From an uncultured Acidobacteriota bacterium (lineage in GTDB: Bacteria > Acidobacteriota > UBA6911), in NCBI GenBank assembly GCA_963761825.1, contig CAVXIH010000002.1, positions 526,291-590,290 of the forward strand: DNA of 64,000 nt. Reading direction: 5' to 3'. Position numbers and translations under genes: made by a program. Position 1 is the stretch's first letter; the number at the start of each line of letters is the position of its first letter. Shown piece by piece: positions 1-9,563 of this stretch. Under the pieces are notes generated by a model, which made no database searches, had not been told where the DNA came from, and was given only the letters and a program-made list of their open reading frames with translations.

Positions 1-935
1 TCTTTATGGGATCGCATTGATTTACGGCGGCACCGGAAGCACCAGTTACCAGGAGATCCGCGAACTGGCTTTGCTGCAGGGGAGCATTCAAACCACAACG
101 TTGATCGGGTTGGGATTACTGCTGGTCGGGTTCGGGTTCAAAGTGGCCCTGGTGCCCTTCCATTCCTGGGTGCCGGATGTTTACGAAGGGGCGCCGACGC
201 CCGTGACGGCCTTCATGGCCGTCGGACCGAAAGCTGCCGGATTTGCGGCGTTGATGCGGATTCTTCTCCAGGCCTTCCCTTTCCTGGTGCAGGACTGGAG
301 TTCGATTTTATGGCTGTTGGCCATCCTGACGATGACCCTGGGCAACGTCGTCGCGGTTCTGCAGACCAATATCAAGCGCATGCTGGCGTATTCCGCCATT
401 GCCCATGCCGGATACATCCTGGTCGGGATTGTGGCAGGCAGCGACGCGGGATTCAGCGCGGTCCTCTTTTACCTGGTGATTTACACGGTGATGAACCTGC
501 TGGCCTTCAGCGTTGTGTTATCGTTCAGCCGCCAGGGGGATATGCACGTGTATCTGGCCGATTATGCCGGGCTGGCGCGCAAAGCGCCTTTTGCTGCAGC
601 GGTGCTATCGCTTGCCCTGATCTCGCTGGCCGGGATCCCGCTGACCGGCGGCTTTATGGGCAAATTGTATCTTTTCAGCGCTGCGGTCCAGAGAGGGCTA
701 TATAGGGCTGGCGATCATCGGCGTGCTTAACAGCGTCGTTTCCGTTTTTTATTATTTCCGCATCATGATCTACATGTATATGAAAGAGCCCGGAGAGGCG
801 GCGCTGGAACCCGAGACTATCAGCTGGCCCGTGCAGGCCATCATGGCTTTGGGAGCCATTGGCGTTTTGTTCCTCGGCATCTTCCCCGCCCCCATCCTTG
901 AACTTGCCGCCCGCTCGAGTTTTGCCCTAAAATAA
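1..935 (+). CDS. nuoN: NADH-quinone oxidoreductase subunit N, 5'-truncated by the window edge; frameshift near 705-720
   Basis: GFKVALVPFHSWVPDVYEGAPTP, NIKRMLAYSAIAHAGY and SLAGIPLTGGFMGK motifs; continues in ORF 723-935 (LNSVVSVFYYFRI). Confidence 0.95.
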
Positions 936-959
936 TATTTTCCCAATTCGGAGTGAGTA

Positions 960-1433
960 ATGATTGATGTACGCAAGAAATTGCAGGATGAGCTGAATGT
1001 CATTGAACGGGAACTCAGGGTGGATCTGCCCAAGGAAATCCTGAAAGCCAGAGAACATGGCGATCTCAGCGAAAACTGCGGAATACAAAGCCGCCAAGGA
1101 GAGGCAATCCTACGTGGAAGGAAGAAAGGCGCAGCTGCAGCAGAGACTCGCGGCCTATGCTGCTGGTGAACCTCGACAAGATCCCTACCGACAGGGCGGC
1201 TTATGGGTCGAAGGTCGTGCTTTACGAATACGAAACAGACAAGGAAGTGGAATATCAGCTGGTCACAGCGGAAGAGTCCAATATCAGCCAAGGGACTCAT
1301 TTCGATCACATCCCCGATCGGGCGCGGCATTGTGGGAAAGATGGTAGGGGATAGCGTTGAAATCGTCACGCCTTCGGGCAGGAAAGACTGCGAACTGCGC
1401 AGCCTCCGCACAATCCACGACATAGAAGAGTAA
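960..1433 (+). CDS. greA: Transcription elongation factor GreA (about three frameshifts, probably sequencing errors)
   Basis: AREHGDLSEN, AEYKAAKERQ and ISITSPIGRGIVGKMVGD motifs spread over ORFs 960, 1057, 1157 and 1203. Confidence 0.92.
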
Positions 1434-1511
1434 ATAGAGTTCCCAGTTTAGAGTTCCCAGCTAACCGGGAACTCTGAACTGCGAAACTCGTGGAACTGCT
1501 ATATTGAACTC

Positions 1512-1835
1512 CTACTGCAGCATCAGGATAACGACAAACGTCAGAAGCGCCAGAAACTCAATGAAGGCCAAGCCCAGGATGAGGAAGAGCCTGATAGTGT
1601 CGGTAGCGCCCGGGTTTCTGGAAACGCCCTCGCATGCGGCGGCCAGAGCACGGCTCTGAGCATACCCGCACCCTGCGGCAGCCAGGGCCATCCCGAATGC
1701 GGAAGCGATAATCAACCACTGGCTTTTCCCTCCGGTGGCCGCAGCGCCGCCTTCGGCTTGCGCAAATACCGGAACCACCCATACCAGAAGGATCACCGAA
1801 ATCATTACAATAAGAACCGACTTTCTGCCCATCAA
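1512..1835 (-). CDS. atpE: F0F1 ATP synthase subunit c with N-terminal extension
   Basis: Two hydrophobic helices, SRNPG loop, conserved Glu in LAFIEFLAL; adjacent to atpB. Confidence 0.93.
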   Translation of the reverse strand: MMGRKSVLIVMISVILLVWVVPVFAQAEGGAAATGGKSQWLIIASAFGMALAAAGCGYAQSRALAAACEGVSRNPGATDTIRLFLILGLAFIEFLALLTFVVILMLQ

Positions 1836-1890
1836 ATTCTCCTTTCAATAGTCCTGTAAAGCGCGGATGAAATAGTTGATTGCGATTCCC

Positions 1891-2665
1891 TTAGACTGCT
1901 GCTACTGGATCCGCAGACTGGTGCACTGCTCCGAATGCCCTTCTCCGTGGGCTTCTTCCACAGCGCCTGAAATGTAAACCATTGTAAGCAAAATAAAAAT
2001 AAAGGATTGAATAGTGCTCAGCAAAAGCGCCAGGAACATCACGACGACCGAGGCGAGAAACGGAAACAGATTATTGAGCGAACTGATGATCAGCTCTTCC
2101 GCAAATATGTTGCCGAAAAGTCGGACGCTCAGCGAAAAGGGGCGCGCCAGGTGACTGATGAGTTCGATAACGAAAAGAAGCGGCGCCAGCCAGATAACCG
2201 GCCCGCAAAATGCTTCAGATAGCCGACAAATCCCTGCTTGCGAAAACCCTGATAGTTGTAATACATGAAGACGCAGAGGCCCATCGAAGCCGTGATGTTA
2301 AAGTTGCTCGTCGGCGAAAGAAATCCCGGAATCATGCCAAGGAGATTCCCAATCAGAATATAGACGGCCAGGGTGATAATCAGCGGAGTAAACCGACGAT
2401 ATTCGCGGCCGATCACTTCCTTCATCAGGCCCTGAATGGCGGTGAAAATCACTTCGACGAGGTGCTGGGCCCGCCCTGGATTGTCCACGCTGAGCCGGCC
2501 TCGCAGCCACCATGAAAAAAGGATAAGCGCGGAAGCGATCAGCAGGACAAGGACGATATGGTCCGGGACGGCATGGCCATGACTCGGGTGAAAGCCCATG
2601 GCATGGGCGATGGGATCGAACAGGTAACCGTTCAGGAAATTGCCTACTGCAGAAGTTTCGTGCAT
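1891..2665 (-). CDS. atpB: F0F1 ATP synthase subunit a (frameshifted; 3' end approximate)
   Basis: GNLLGMIPGFLSPTSNFN; downstream frames give LSVRLFGNIFAEE and FIFILLTMVYISGA. Confidence 0.92.
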
Positions 2666-2666
2666 A

Positions 2667-3044
2667 TCACTTTGGGCTGCTTTTGACCGCCTCGAAAATA
2701 CCTTCTAGTAAAATACCACTGCTGAAAACCACAAATCCTGCAGTTGCAGCAATAATCCCGCTAAAAAAGAAGTGCATGATAGCATAGAGGCATAGGGGAA
2801 TCAACAGAAGGCGAAAGATGTAGCCCGCCGTGATCCGAATGCTGGAAATTCTGGAACTGCGCGCCAGCGCCGCGTTGATCGTGCGTATCAGCAGCCTCAT
2901 ATTCACAGCCGAAAGAAGGCCGCCCGCGAGAAAGGAAATTCCATATTTCAGGCCGAAAATCAGTCCTGTGCCGACGCTGCCGACGGCAACCAGCCACGCT
3001 CCGATCCGGAAGACCCGGCGTTCGAATGTAGCGGAACTAATCAT
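2667..3044 (-). CDS. atpI: ATP synthase protein I (4-TM membrane protein)
   Basis: Hydrophobic 125 aa protein directly upstream of atpB; SFLAGGLLSAVN and YIFRLLL pattern. Confidence 0.8.
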   Translation of the reverse strand: MISSATFERRVFRIGAWLVAVGSVGTGLIFGLKYGISFLAGGLLSAVNMRLLIRTINAALARSSRISSIRITAGYIFRLLLIPLCLYAIMHFFFSGIIAATAGFVVFSSGILLEGIFEAVKSSPK

Positions 3045-3261
3045 CTTTGCTCCTCTGGTCCAGGATCAGAATCTTCACGATTTCATAAAATCCGGCCGCC
3101 GCGCCGAGAAGAACTAAAACAACAGTACCCCACGGATACACGCCAAAATACCGATCAATGAGGTAGTATCCCACCAATCCTCCCACCGCCATACAACTGG
3201 GCAGGACAAATATAATGGATGAAAGTCGTCCGATTCGGGAATAAAAAGAGGCGTTTGGCAT
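3037..3261 (-). CDS. AtpZ/AtpI family small membrane protein
   Basis: GGLVGYYLIDRYFGVYPWGTVVLVLLGAAAGFYE signature; first gene of the F0 cluster. Confidence 0.85.
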   Translation of the reverse strand: MPNASFYSRIGRLSSIIFVLPSCMAVGGLVGYYLIDRYFGVYPWGTVVLVLLGAAAGFYEIVKILILDQRSKDD

Positions 3262-3451
3262 GCTGGACCCTGGGTAGACAGCGATCAGCTATCAGCTATC
3301 AGCCGTCAGAATGCCGATTCAAGTTTTAGCTGAAAGCTGATGGCTGATACGCTGAATTGCTGTCTCTCTAAAGATCCATTATCCATAGATTAGGGCAGCG
3401 GCACAAATTCTCTTTGGTGCCGCGAAAGAATTTTGATAGGCTTTCAATCCG

Positions 3452-3545
3452 GGAGAGGTACCGAAGTGGTCGTACCGGGCTCGACTCGAAATCGAGTTAG
3501 GGACCAAAAGTCTCTACGTGGGTTCGAATCCCACCCTCTCCGCCA
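3452..3545 (+). tRNA. tRNA-Ser (anticodon CGA)
   Basis: Acceptor stem GGAGAGG/CCTCTCC, discriminator G plus CCA, anticodon arm CTCGA-CTCGAAA-TCGAG, long variable arm, GTTCGAATC T-loop. Confidence 0.97.
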
Positions 3546-3999
3546 GTCTTCACTTCCCTGCCTAAATCCAGCACCCATCGGGGTCGGTATCGGAATCGCT
3601 ATCGGTATCGCAATTGCAAATCGGCCCAAAATACTTGCCTTCACACCCCGCAGCGGCTTCGCCTTTGTCGGGTAATCGCATCATCCAACAAACGGGCCAT
3701 GATCTGGTTCCAACCTAGGGGACCATCCTCCTGAAGTTGACATCCCGGGTCTAAATGGATGCCTAGGATGCTGCTCGACGGCATCGAAACGCTACACTCA
3801 AGTACCGTCCGGCAGCTGAGGCTAATAAATTGGGCTAAGCCTCGGCAACGCATGAACCAAATCCAGCAGAAGATCCGAGGTAATTCTCTGATGAAAGGCC
3901 TTTCTCACGAGCGTTCGAGCCAGGCCAGCTGGATGCTACGAGGATCTCGGATAAGCAACGAATATGCGCTTGCCTATGTCGCGGATTCAGAGACATAAT

Positions 4000-4345
4000 G
4001 AGATTGTGAAGCTGATCGATTTGACAAGGACACCGATACGATGGATTTTATTCGGTAAAAAACGATATTCGATGAATGGTCGAATCGGTGAGGAATCGAG
4101 CAACTTCAAAGAGGGGTAATCTCGGGATGCCTCTGAGCCGGATGAAAGCGGACGATTGCGCTGGTGTTCACGAATTGCGCATAAAGCACGAGAAGGATAC
4201 GACCGTTCGGATTTTGTTATTACGTGCGCAAGGCGGATGCGATCGTGGTTTTCCATGCATTCAGAAGAAGTCACAGAAGACGCTATTCAGTGAAATCAAT
4301 CTTGGGCGTCAAAGACTTCAGGAGGTTTTAAAGGAAGCAGAGCTA
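4000..4345 (+). pseudogene. Degenerate RelE/ParE (Gp49/HigB-like) toxin remnant
   Basis: Fragments GMPLSR..AGVHELRIK, YYVRKADAIVVFHAFQKKSQKT and EINLGRQRLQEV in different frames; no intact antitoxin seen. Confidence 0.6.
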
Positions 4346-4670
4346 AATCTCGATAAGCCAATTGAGATGACCAGGACTCTGCGGAAGCAACTGGGGAGAG
4401 CGTTGCGAATCAGTCGATAGACGAGACAAATGAAATGAGCAATTCAGTCGATTACAGGACGGCAAAAATTGTGAGGTTATTTGGCCTGTTTCCCAACCCT
4501 CCAAAATCTTACGGCATTTGCTCTGCCGGACTCATAAAGAGCAGCCTGAACGGGAACCGCGAATAAACCCACAATGCGGATGTTTTCTTTCGTTGACGAC
4601 GGCTAAATGCTAGAATCGCTGACACGCCGTCATCGATTTCGTTGAGCATAATCAACTGGGAGACCCCGAT

Positions 4671-6283
4671 ATGAAAGCACCGCATCTTTCCTTTGTGGCT
4701 TTTAGCCTGCTTTGATCGTGCTGGCAAGCGTATCCGCACTGGCTGCGGATCAGGAGTCTTGCGGACAGCTGGCGAACCGGAAACTGGATAAAGTGACGAT
4801 TACTTCAGCTGCTTACATAAACGACCCACAGGGCTTCCCACTGCCTCAAACCCCCGGCATGTTCGGCACTCCCCCGGGACAAAAAACTACGGCGCAGTTT
4901 TGCCGGGTGGAAGGATATATCGAGCCCGTGCCGAATTCGCATATCGGTTTCGAAGTCTGGCTGCCGCCCGCCGAGCAATGGAACAACCGATACTTTGGAG
5001 TCGGCAATCCGGCTTTTGAAGGAGCGATAAAATATCAGGGACTGAAACTCGCCGTTGAAAAAGGGTATGCGACGGCTTCAACGGATACGGGCCACCAGGA
5101 TCCCGGCCATAAATGGGCGACGGGCCAGCCTGAGAGGCTGATCGACTGGACGCATCGGGCAGTGCACGAAACGACGGTCGTCGCCAAGAAGTTGATAAAG
5201 GCATTTTATGGCAAACCGCAAAAATATGCGTACTGGGATAATTGCCATAATGGAGGGCGCCAGGGACTCACCGAAGCTCAACTCTATCCCGAGGATTTCG
5301 ACGGCATCGTGGCGGGCGATCCGGCCTATTATCTGACGCATCTGCAGGCAGGTTCGGAATATTTGAGCTGGTTAAATCTGAAAGGCGGCACGTCCGCTGC
5401 CTCTTACATACCGCCGGCAAAATATCCCGCGTTGCATCGCGCGGCTCTGGAGGCCTGCGACGCCAAAGACGGCGTCAAAGACAATGCGATTGAGGATCCG
5501 ACCCGATGCAATTTTGATCCGATATCCATTCAATGCAAGGATGAGGATACATGCATCCTGTTTGACGCCGCCCCAGGTCGAGACTGCCCGGCGCATCTAT
5601 GCGGGCGCAAAGTTTTCCGACGGCACACAAATCTATTCAGGTTTCGAACCGGGCAGCGAACTGCTCTGGGAGGCCATGATCAAAGGCCCCGAACCGCTTT
5701 TTATCAATAATGACTTTTTCAAGTATATTGCATTTGAAGATCCGAATTGGGACTTCCGCACCTTCGATGTCGACGCGGATACCCGCAAAATCGACAAGCG
5801 CCTTGGACCTGTCATTAATCACACTCAGACCGATCTGAACGCCTTCAAGAAACGCGGCGGCAAGCTCATCCTGTATCAGGGCTGGAACGAAACCTGGGTC
5901 CCGCCGCGGACAGCCACAACCTATCTATGACGGCGTCATCAAAACCATGGGAGGAGAAAGCAAAACCAAGGACTTTTTCAGATTATTCGTGATTCCGGAC
6001 TACGGCATGTGTGCGGCAATGTTTCCGGGGACTTTTGACGCCCTGGGAGCGGTGCAGAAGTGGGTAGAGGAAGGCGTTGCACCGGATCAAATCAAGACTA
6101 CCTATGCCGAACAAGGCCGCCAATTTCGAGAGCGGGCGGGCATGCAAGACACGCCCGAATCCAAGAGTCCGGGTCCTCAAGACACGGCCGGTATGCCCCT
6201 ATCCGGAGGTAGCAATTTACAGGGGGAGCGGCGATACGAACGACGCGGCAAATTTCAAATGCGGCAAGCCGACCTGGAAGTAG
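4671..6283 (+). CDS. Secreted tannase/feruloyl esterase-family alpha/beta hydrolase with substituted catalytic residues (several frameshifts)
   Basis: FCRVEG, IGFEVWLP..WNNRY, GYATASTDTGH, YPEDFDGIVAG, GGKLIL, FFRLF, WVEEGVAP and TRPVCPYP across ORFs 4712, 5484, 5947 and 6077. Confidence 0.9.
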
Positions 6284-6351
6284 CTGGGAAAGAGGAGTCA
6301 GAAATTCGGAAGTCAGATACGCCGCGTGTGCGCGGCCTGTAACGCTCAGCC

Positions 6352-6559
6352 CGAATTACGAGGTTAGCAGCGCAGCGGCGGGGTGAATTTAGCCCGGCCT
6401 TTCAAGGCCGGGGATATTCGAAATATCAATATCCGTCGCGGTCAGCGACGGCTGAAATCAAGCGCCGCTGCCGCGACGCGCTAACAAGGCCTATCCAGTG
6501 CCTGCCTTGAAGGGCTGGCCTAAATTCATCCGGCCGCTGCGCGGCCTATGTCTTGCGAA
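6352..6559. repeat. Long palindromic REP/MITE-like element, family A copy 1
   Basis: CGCAGCGG..AATTTAGCCCGGCCTTTCAAGGCCGGG..GTCGCGGTCAGCGACGG / CCTTGAAGGGCTGGCCTAAATT..CCGCTGCGCGGCC; similar copy at 13216-13424. Confidence 0.85.
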
Positions 6560-6635
6560 GTGGAGGTGAAATTTCCCGCACCCAACGCTTATCGCCACCT
6601 GGCGGCGGCGAGTTCAAATCCGGAGAGCAGACCCC

Positions 6636-6820
6636 ATGAAAGCCTCTGTCACTAACGTAGTCAAGGGCATCGGACTCGCCATCATTGGAGTAGCCATTGC
6701 CGCTGCCGGCATCTTCCTCGGGGAATACGATGACGCGCCCGGCGCCTCGCTGATAGGCATCCTGCTGATGATCGGCGCGGTTGTGCTGCGGCGTAGAGGA
6801 TCGCACGGCGCAAGACATAG
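6636..6820 (+). CDS. Small two-helix membrane protein (C-terminal indels; probable stop at 6818-6820)
   Basis: GGAG RBS; two hydrophobic segments around GEYDDAPGA. Confidence 0.6.
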
Positions 6821-6838
6821 CACCGCATTCGACGTCGA

Positions 6839-7333
6839 TCAATCGGCGAAGACGGTCAGCTTGCGCTCCTGAATCAACCACTTGCCATTGCGCTTGACGA
6901 GTCGATCTTCCGAGCGGCCCATTGCAGCCGCGGTCATCTTGCTGTCCTTATCGCGAACCACCGTCTGCCAGTACGACTGGTGCAAGGCTTCGCCGGGCTT
7001 CGGGAACGTGATGCGTACATTGCTGATCACATGGTACAGATTTGAAGTTGGCAATCCCTTCGCCTTGTTGTCATCGCGCCGCTGAATGAGGCTCATGACG
7101 ATCTTGCGAATCTCCTCTCGTCCTTTACTGATGTTGCCGTTCGAATCGATGCTGGCATCTTCGGTGAATACGGCGACATAACCCTCAGGATCGAGCGAAT
7201 CCACCGCCCACACATAGCGCGCCATCACGTCCTCGACCGCCATACGGTCTTCGTAGGTACCGAGATGTTCCTGCGCAGTGACGAGCACAGGCGCGATAAT
7301 TAACGCAACAAAAACAGCGTATTGCAGTCGCAT
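6839..7333 (-). CDS. Secreted SnoaL-like/NTF2-family protein
   Basis: Signal peptide; EDRMAVEDVMARYVWAVD, FTEDA, HVISN and EDRLVKRNGKWLIQER. Confidence 0.85.
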   Translation of the reverse strand: MRLQYAVFVALIIAPVLVTAQEHLGTYEDRMAVEDVMARYVWAVDSLDPEGYVAVFTEDASIDSNGNISKGREEIRKIVMSLIQRRDDNKAKGLPTSNLYHVISNVRITFPKPGEALHQSYWQTVVRDKDSKMTAAAMGRSEDRLVKRNGKWLIQERKLTVFAD

Positions 7334-7402
7334 GGTTTGTTTTCCTCATTTTTGTTCCGATGATGATTCAAAATGCGTCACCGATGCACGCGTCAAACAG
7401 AA

Positions 7403-7463
7403 GCTTAACGTTAGGCATCAGCGGCAGCGCCCAGCGCTATCCGCTGCATGCCGGTGTTGGGGC
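7403..7463 (-). mobile_element. Integron attC recombination site (well conserved)
   Basis: Minus strand GCCCCAAC-acc-GGCATgCAGCGG..CCGCTGATGCC-taac-GTTAAGC: R'' and R' (GTTRRRY) boxes, dyad with extrahelical G, 4 nt after the GNAT stop. Confidence 0.85.
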
Positions 7464-7467
7464 AGTC

Positions 7468-8016
7468 TTACGTTTTATTTTGCCACTCGTCCCTCAAGAT
7501 AGCGTAGCGATAGCCAAGAAATTCGATAGGTGTACCATCTTCTGCAACTCTGAAAGAGGCTGTTTCCTCGCCAATCTTCTTAAAGCCTAACCGCTCCAGC
7601 AGCCGACAAGACGCCCGATTGATAGCGGCAGTTCCGCTAACCACTCGGTATGCCTGCAATGGACCAAACGCGCGACGTAAAACGGCGCTGAAGGCTTCGG
7701 TCGCATAACCTTGACCGTGGAAATCGTGGTTGAAGACATAGCCAGCATTAAATTGCCGTTGACCGTCTCCTTCTTCGGCATTGAGACTCACGAATCCGAT
7801 CAGTTGGCTTGTATCCTTCAAACATACAGCCAGAAAGCTATCTCCAGCGGCAAACCATTCTGTGACTTTCCTGATCTCTTCCTTTGCGGTGGGCCATGGA
7901 TGGTCGTAGGGTGCGAGCTCGGAAGCCTGATACTGAACGATTAGCTCATAGAGAGCGTGCCAGTCGCTGGTTTGGAAGTTCCTGATGATTAGTCTTTCTG
8001 TTTCCAGCATTGTCAT
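7468..8016 (-). CDS. GNAT N-acetyltransferase (RimJ/RimL-like), gene cassette
   Basis: LETERLIIR, GYVFNHDFHGQGYATEA and NRASCRLLERLGF motifs; flanked by attC sites. Confidence 0.92.
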   Translation of the reverse strand: MTMLETERLIIRNFQTSDWHALYELIVQYQASELAPYDHPWPTAKEEIRKVTEWFAAGDSFLAVCLKDTSQLIGFVSLNAEEGDGQRQFNAGYVFNHDFHGQGYATEAFSAVLRRAFGPLQAYRVVSGTAAINRASCRLLERLGFKKIGEETASFRVAEDGTPIEFLGYRYAILRDEWQNKT

Positions 8017-8045
8017 GTCGCTCGTCCTTGGCTATCTGAGAGGAC

Positions 8046-8108
8046 TGTCCGAGGTCGCTTTTCAGCGGTCGCAGCAATTTGCGCTCCACGGCAAAAGCCT
8101 TGTTGGGC
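8046..8108 (-). mobile_element. Degenerate attC site
   Basis: GCCCAAC R'' box, dyad GCTTTTgCcGtGG..CCGCTGAAAAGC; R' eroded to CTCGGAC. Confidence 0.6.
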
Positions 8109-8144
8109 ACCGGAGCATCAAAAGTTCCATCTGTCCCATATAAT

Positions 8145-8489
8145 TCAGTGGCTTGAACGTTCCCTGCCAAGCAACAATATCTTTGCATCACCATCTGCCT
8201 TAACGCTGGCGTACATCAGGTAAGGCGCAAGAAAGATCATACCGCTGAAGAACGCCACAACCCCCAAGGCAACACCACCTGTCGAGAACTGATGGCGCCA
8301 GGCTATCCATATGCCCGAAAGACCTAAGAAGGTCATGAAATCGAGGTTGAATTGCCCCGACCAAGTCAATCCAGCGATATTGGAGAAGAAGATGGGGAGC
8401 AGTTCCCATCCGTAATTTCCGCCCACAACAATCGTGTAGACGGCCAGACATGCAAAGGCAACTACAAGGTATATGCGAAACAAGGTCAT
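8145..8489 (-). CDS. Small membrane protein, gene cassette
   Basis: GGAG RBS, 3-4 TM segments, WSGQFNLDF motif; lies between two attC-like sites. Confidence 0.8.
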   Translation of the reverse strand: MTLFRIYLVVAFACLAVYTIVVGGNYGWELLPIFFSNIAGLTWSGQFNLDFMTFLGLSGIWIAWRHQFSTGGVALGVVAFFSGMIFLAPYLMYASVKADGDAKILLLGRERSSH

Positions 8490-8533
8490 GATTATTTCTC
8501 CGCTCTATTGCGTGCGGCAGCTGAAAATCCGCC

Positions 8534-8590
8534 GCACAACGATTGAGTTCAGCGACGGAGCACAGTTTGTGCCCGCCGTTGAAGCGAAAA
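8534..8590 (-). mobile_element. Partial attC site (R'' lost)
   Basis: Dyad TTCAaCGGCGGGCACA-aac-TGTGCtCCGTCGcTGAA followed by ctcaatc-GTTGTGC. Confidence 0.5.
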
Positions 8591-8617
8591 ATAAGATTCC
8601 CAATATTTCGTGCATCT

Positions 8618-9484
8618 CTATTCTGAATCTAATCCCCAGCCTTTAAACAGATCCTTGTAAAACTGCGGTTGCTCAAAATCCGGCTTCATGGACATGTATT
8701 GATCCCGGTGAGAATATATCCTGCCCCCGCTTTTCAAGCCCGCCATCAATCCCGGGAGTTTTTCCTGCGGCACTGCGAATATGACCTCCTCTTCCAATGT
8801 CAGTGCTCTCTGGTACTCTCCAGGATCCGGAAGCACGACGCCATATTTTCCTGTTTTCATGGGATTCACAACACTGTGCGCGCAGGATGGGAGGAAGAGA
8901 TGCGTGCTGACCTGAGAGGCATCGCTGTACATCATCGGCATGGTTATTCCCCTCAGTTGCGCTGGATTCAAATAAATGAGCACTACATCCGGCGCAAAGG
9001 AAGCTTTCTTCAGAGGGGCCGTAAGCACGCCGATATACTTGCCGACCTCGAAGCTCATGAAGGATTCTCCCAGCTTTGCCATAGAGTCCGGTGTTTTTAC
9101 CATACCGTATGCCATGAGCGCCGTTGGGCACCAGTGGTCCTCCTTCAGCATAGCCACAGTTTTCCCTTCCCGCCGTGACATCCCAAATGCCTGGCACTGG
9201 GCGAGGTGATACCCGCCATCTCTTTTCGGACGAAAAGCCTCTTTCGGGATGTCTGTCTCCTTCTCCAGCATCTTAACGGCAATGGGAGATGTCCTTAACA
9301 GCAGTGATGCTTCCAAGCCCTCCCCGTATTTATTGAGCTCATTGAATGCTGCCGCAGTAGTTTCTACCTCCGGCACGTCTATTCTTGCAGTTTTTGCGGC
9401 GGCAATCGCGGTGCCTGATGCTGCCAGCGCCGCTGCTCCCAGGCTCAGCTCGATAGCCTCACGTCGTGTGAATTTTCTATCCAC
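8618..9484 (-). CDS. DUF169-family protein with Tat signal peptide
   Basis: GGAGG RBS before GTG; FTRREAI twin-Arg leader; LRTSPIAVKM, CQAFGMSR, DHWCP and PDVVLIYLNPAQL motifs. Confidence 0.8.
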   Translation of the reverse strand: MDRKFTRREAIELSLGAAALAASGTAIAAAKTARIDVPEVETTAAAFNELNKYGEGLEASLLLRTSPIAVKMLEKETDIPKEAFRPKRDGGYHLAQCQAFGMSRREGKTVAMLKEDHWCPTALMAYGMVKTPDSMAKLGESFMSFEVGKYIGVLTAPLKKASFAPDVVLIYLNPAQLRGITMPMMYSDASQVSTHLFLPSCAHSVVNPMKTGKYGVVLPDPGEYQRALTLEEEVIFAVPQEKLPGLMAGLKSGGRIYSHRDQYMSMKPDFEQPQFYKDLFKGWGLDSE

Positions 9485-9563
9485 AGGTATTCCTCCTATG
9501 CCTGCCATAACGTTATACTAATCTTCGCGCGCGATCGCGGCCATTATGGACCTCATGCCGCCA

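Noticed and set aside
1512-1835. Na+-translocating ATP synthase
   Set aside because: The c subunit has the Gln, but the Glu is followed by F-L rather than S/T-T and the Tyr is absent, so H+ coupling is more likely
1512-3261. F0 a/c genes without b, delta or F1 genes as a novel ATPase
   Set aside because: Split atp operons are known in several phyla; the remaining genes are probably elsewhere
3500-3545. attL/attR duplication of the tRNA 3' end defining a prophage or ICE
   Set aside because: No second copy, integrase or phage structural gene was seen in the window
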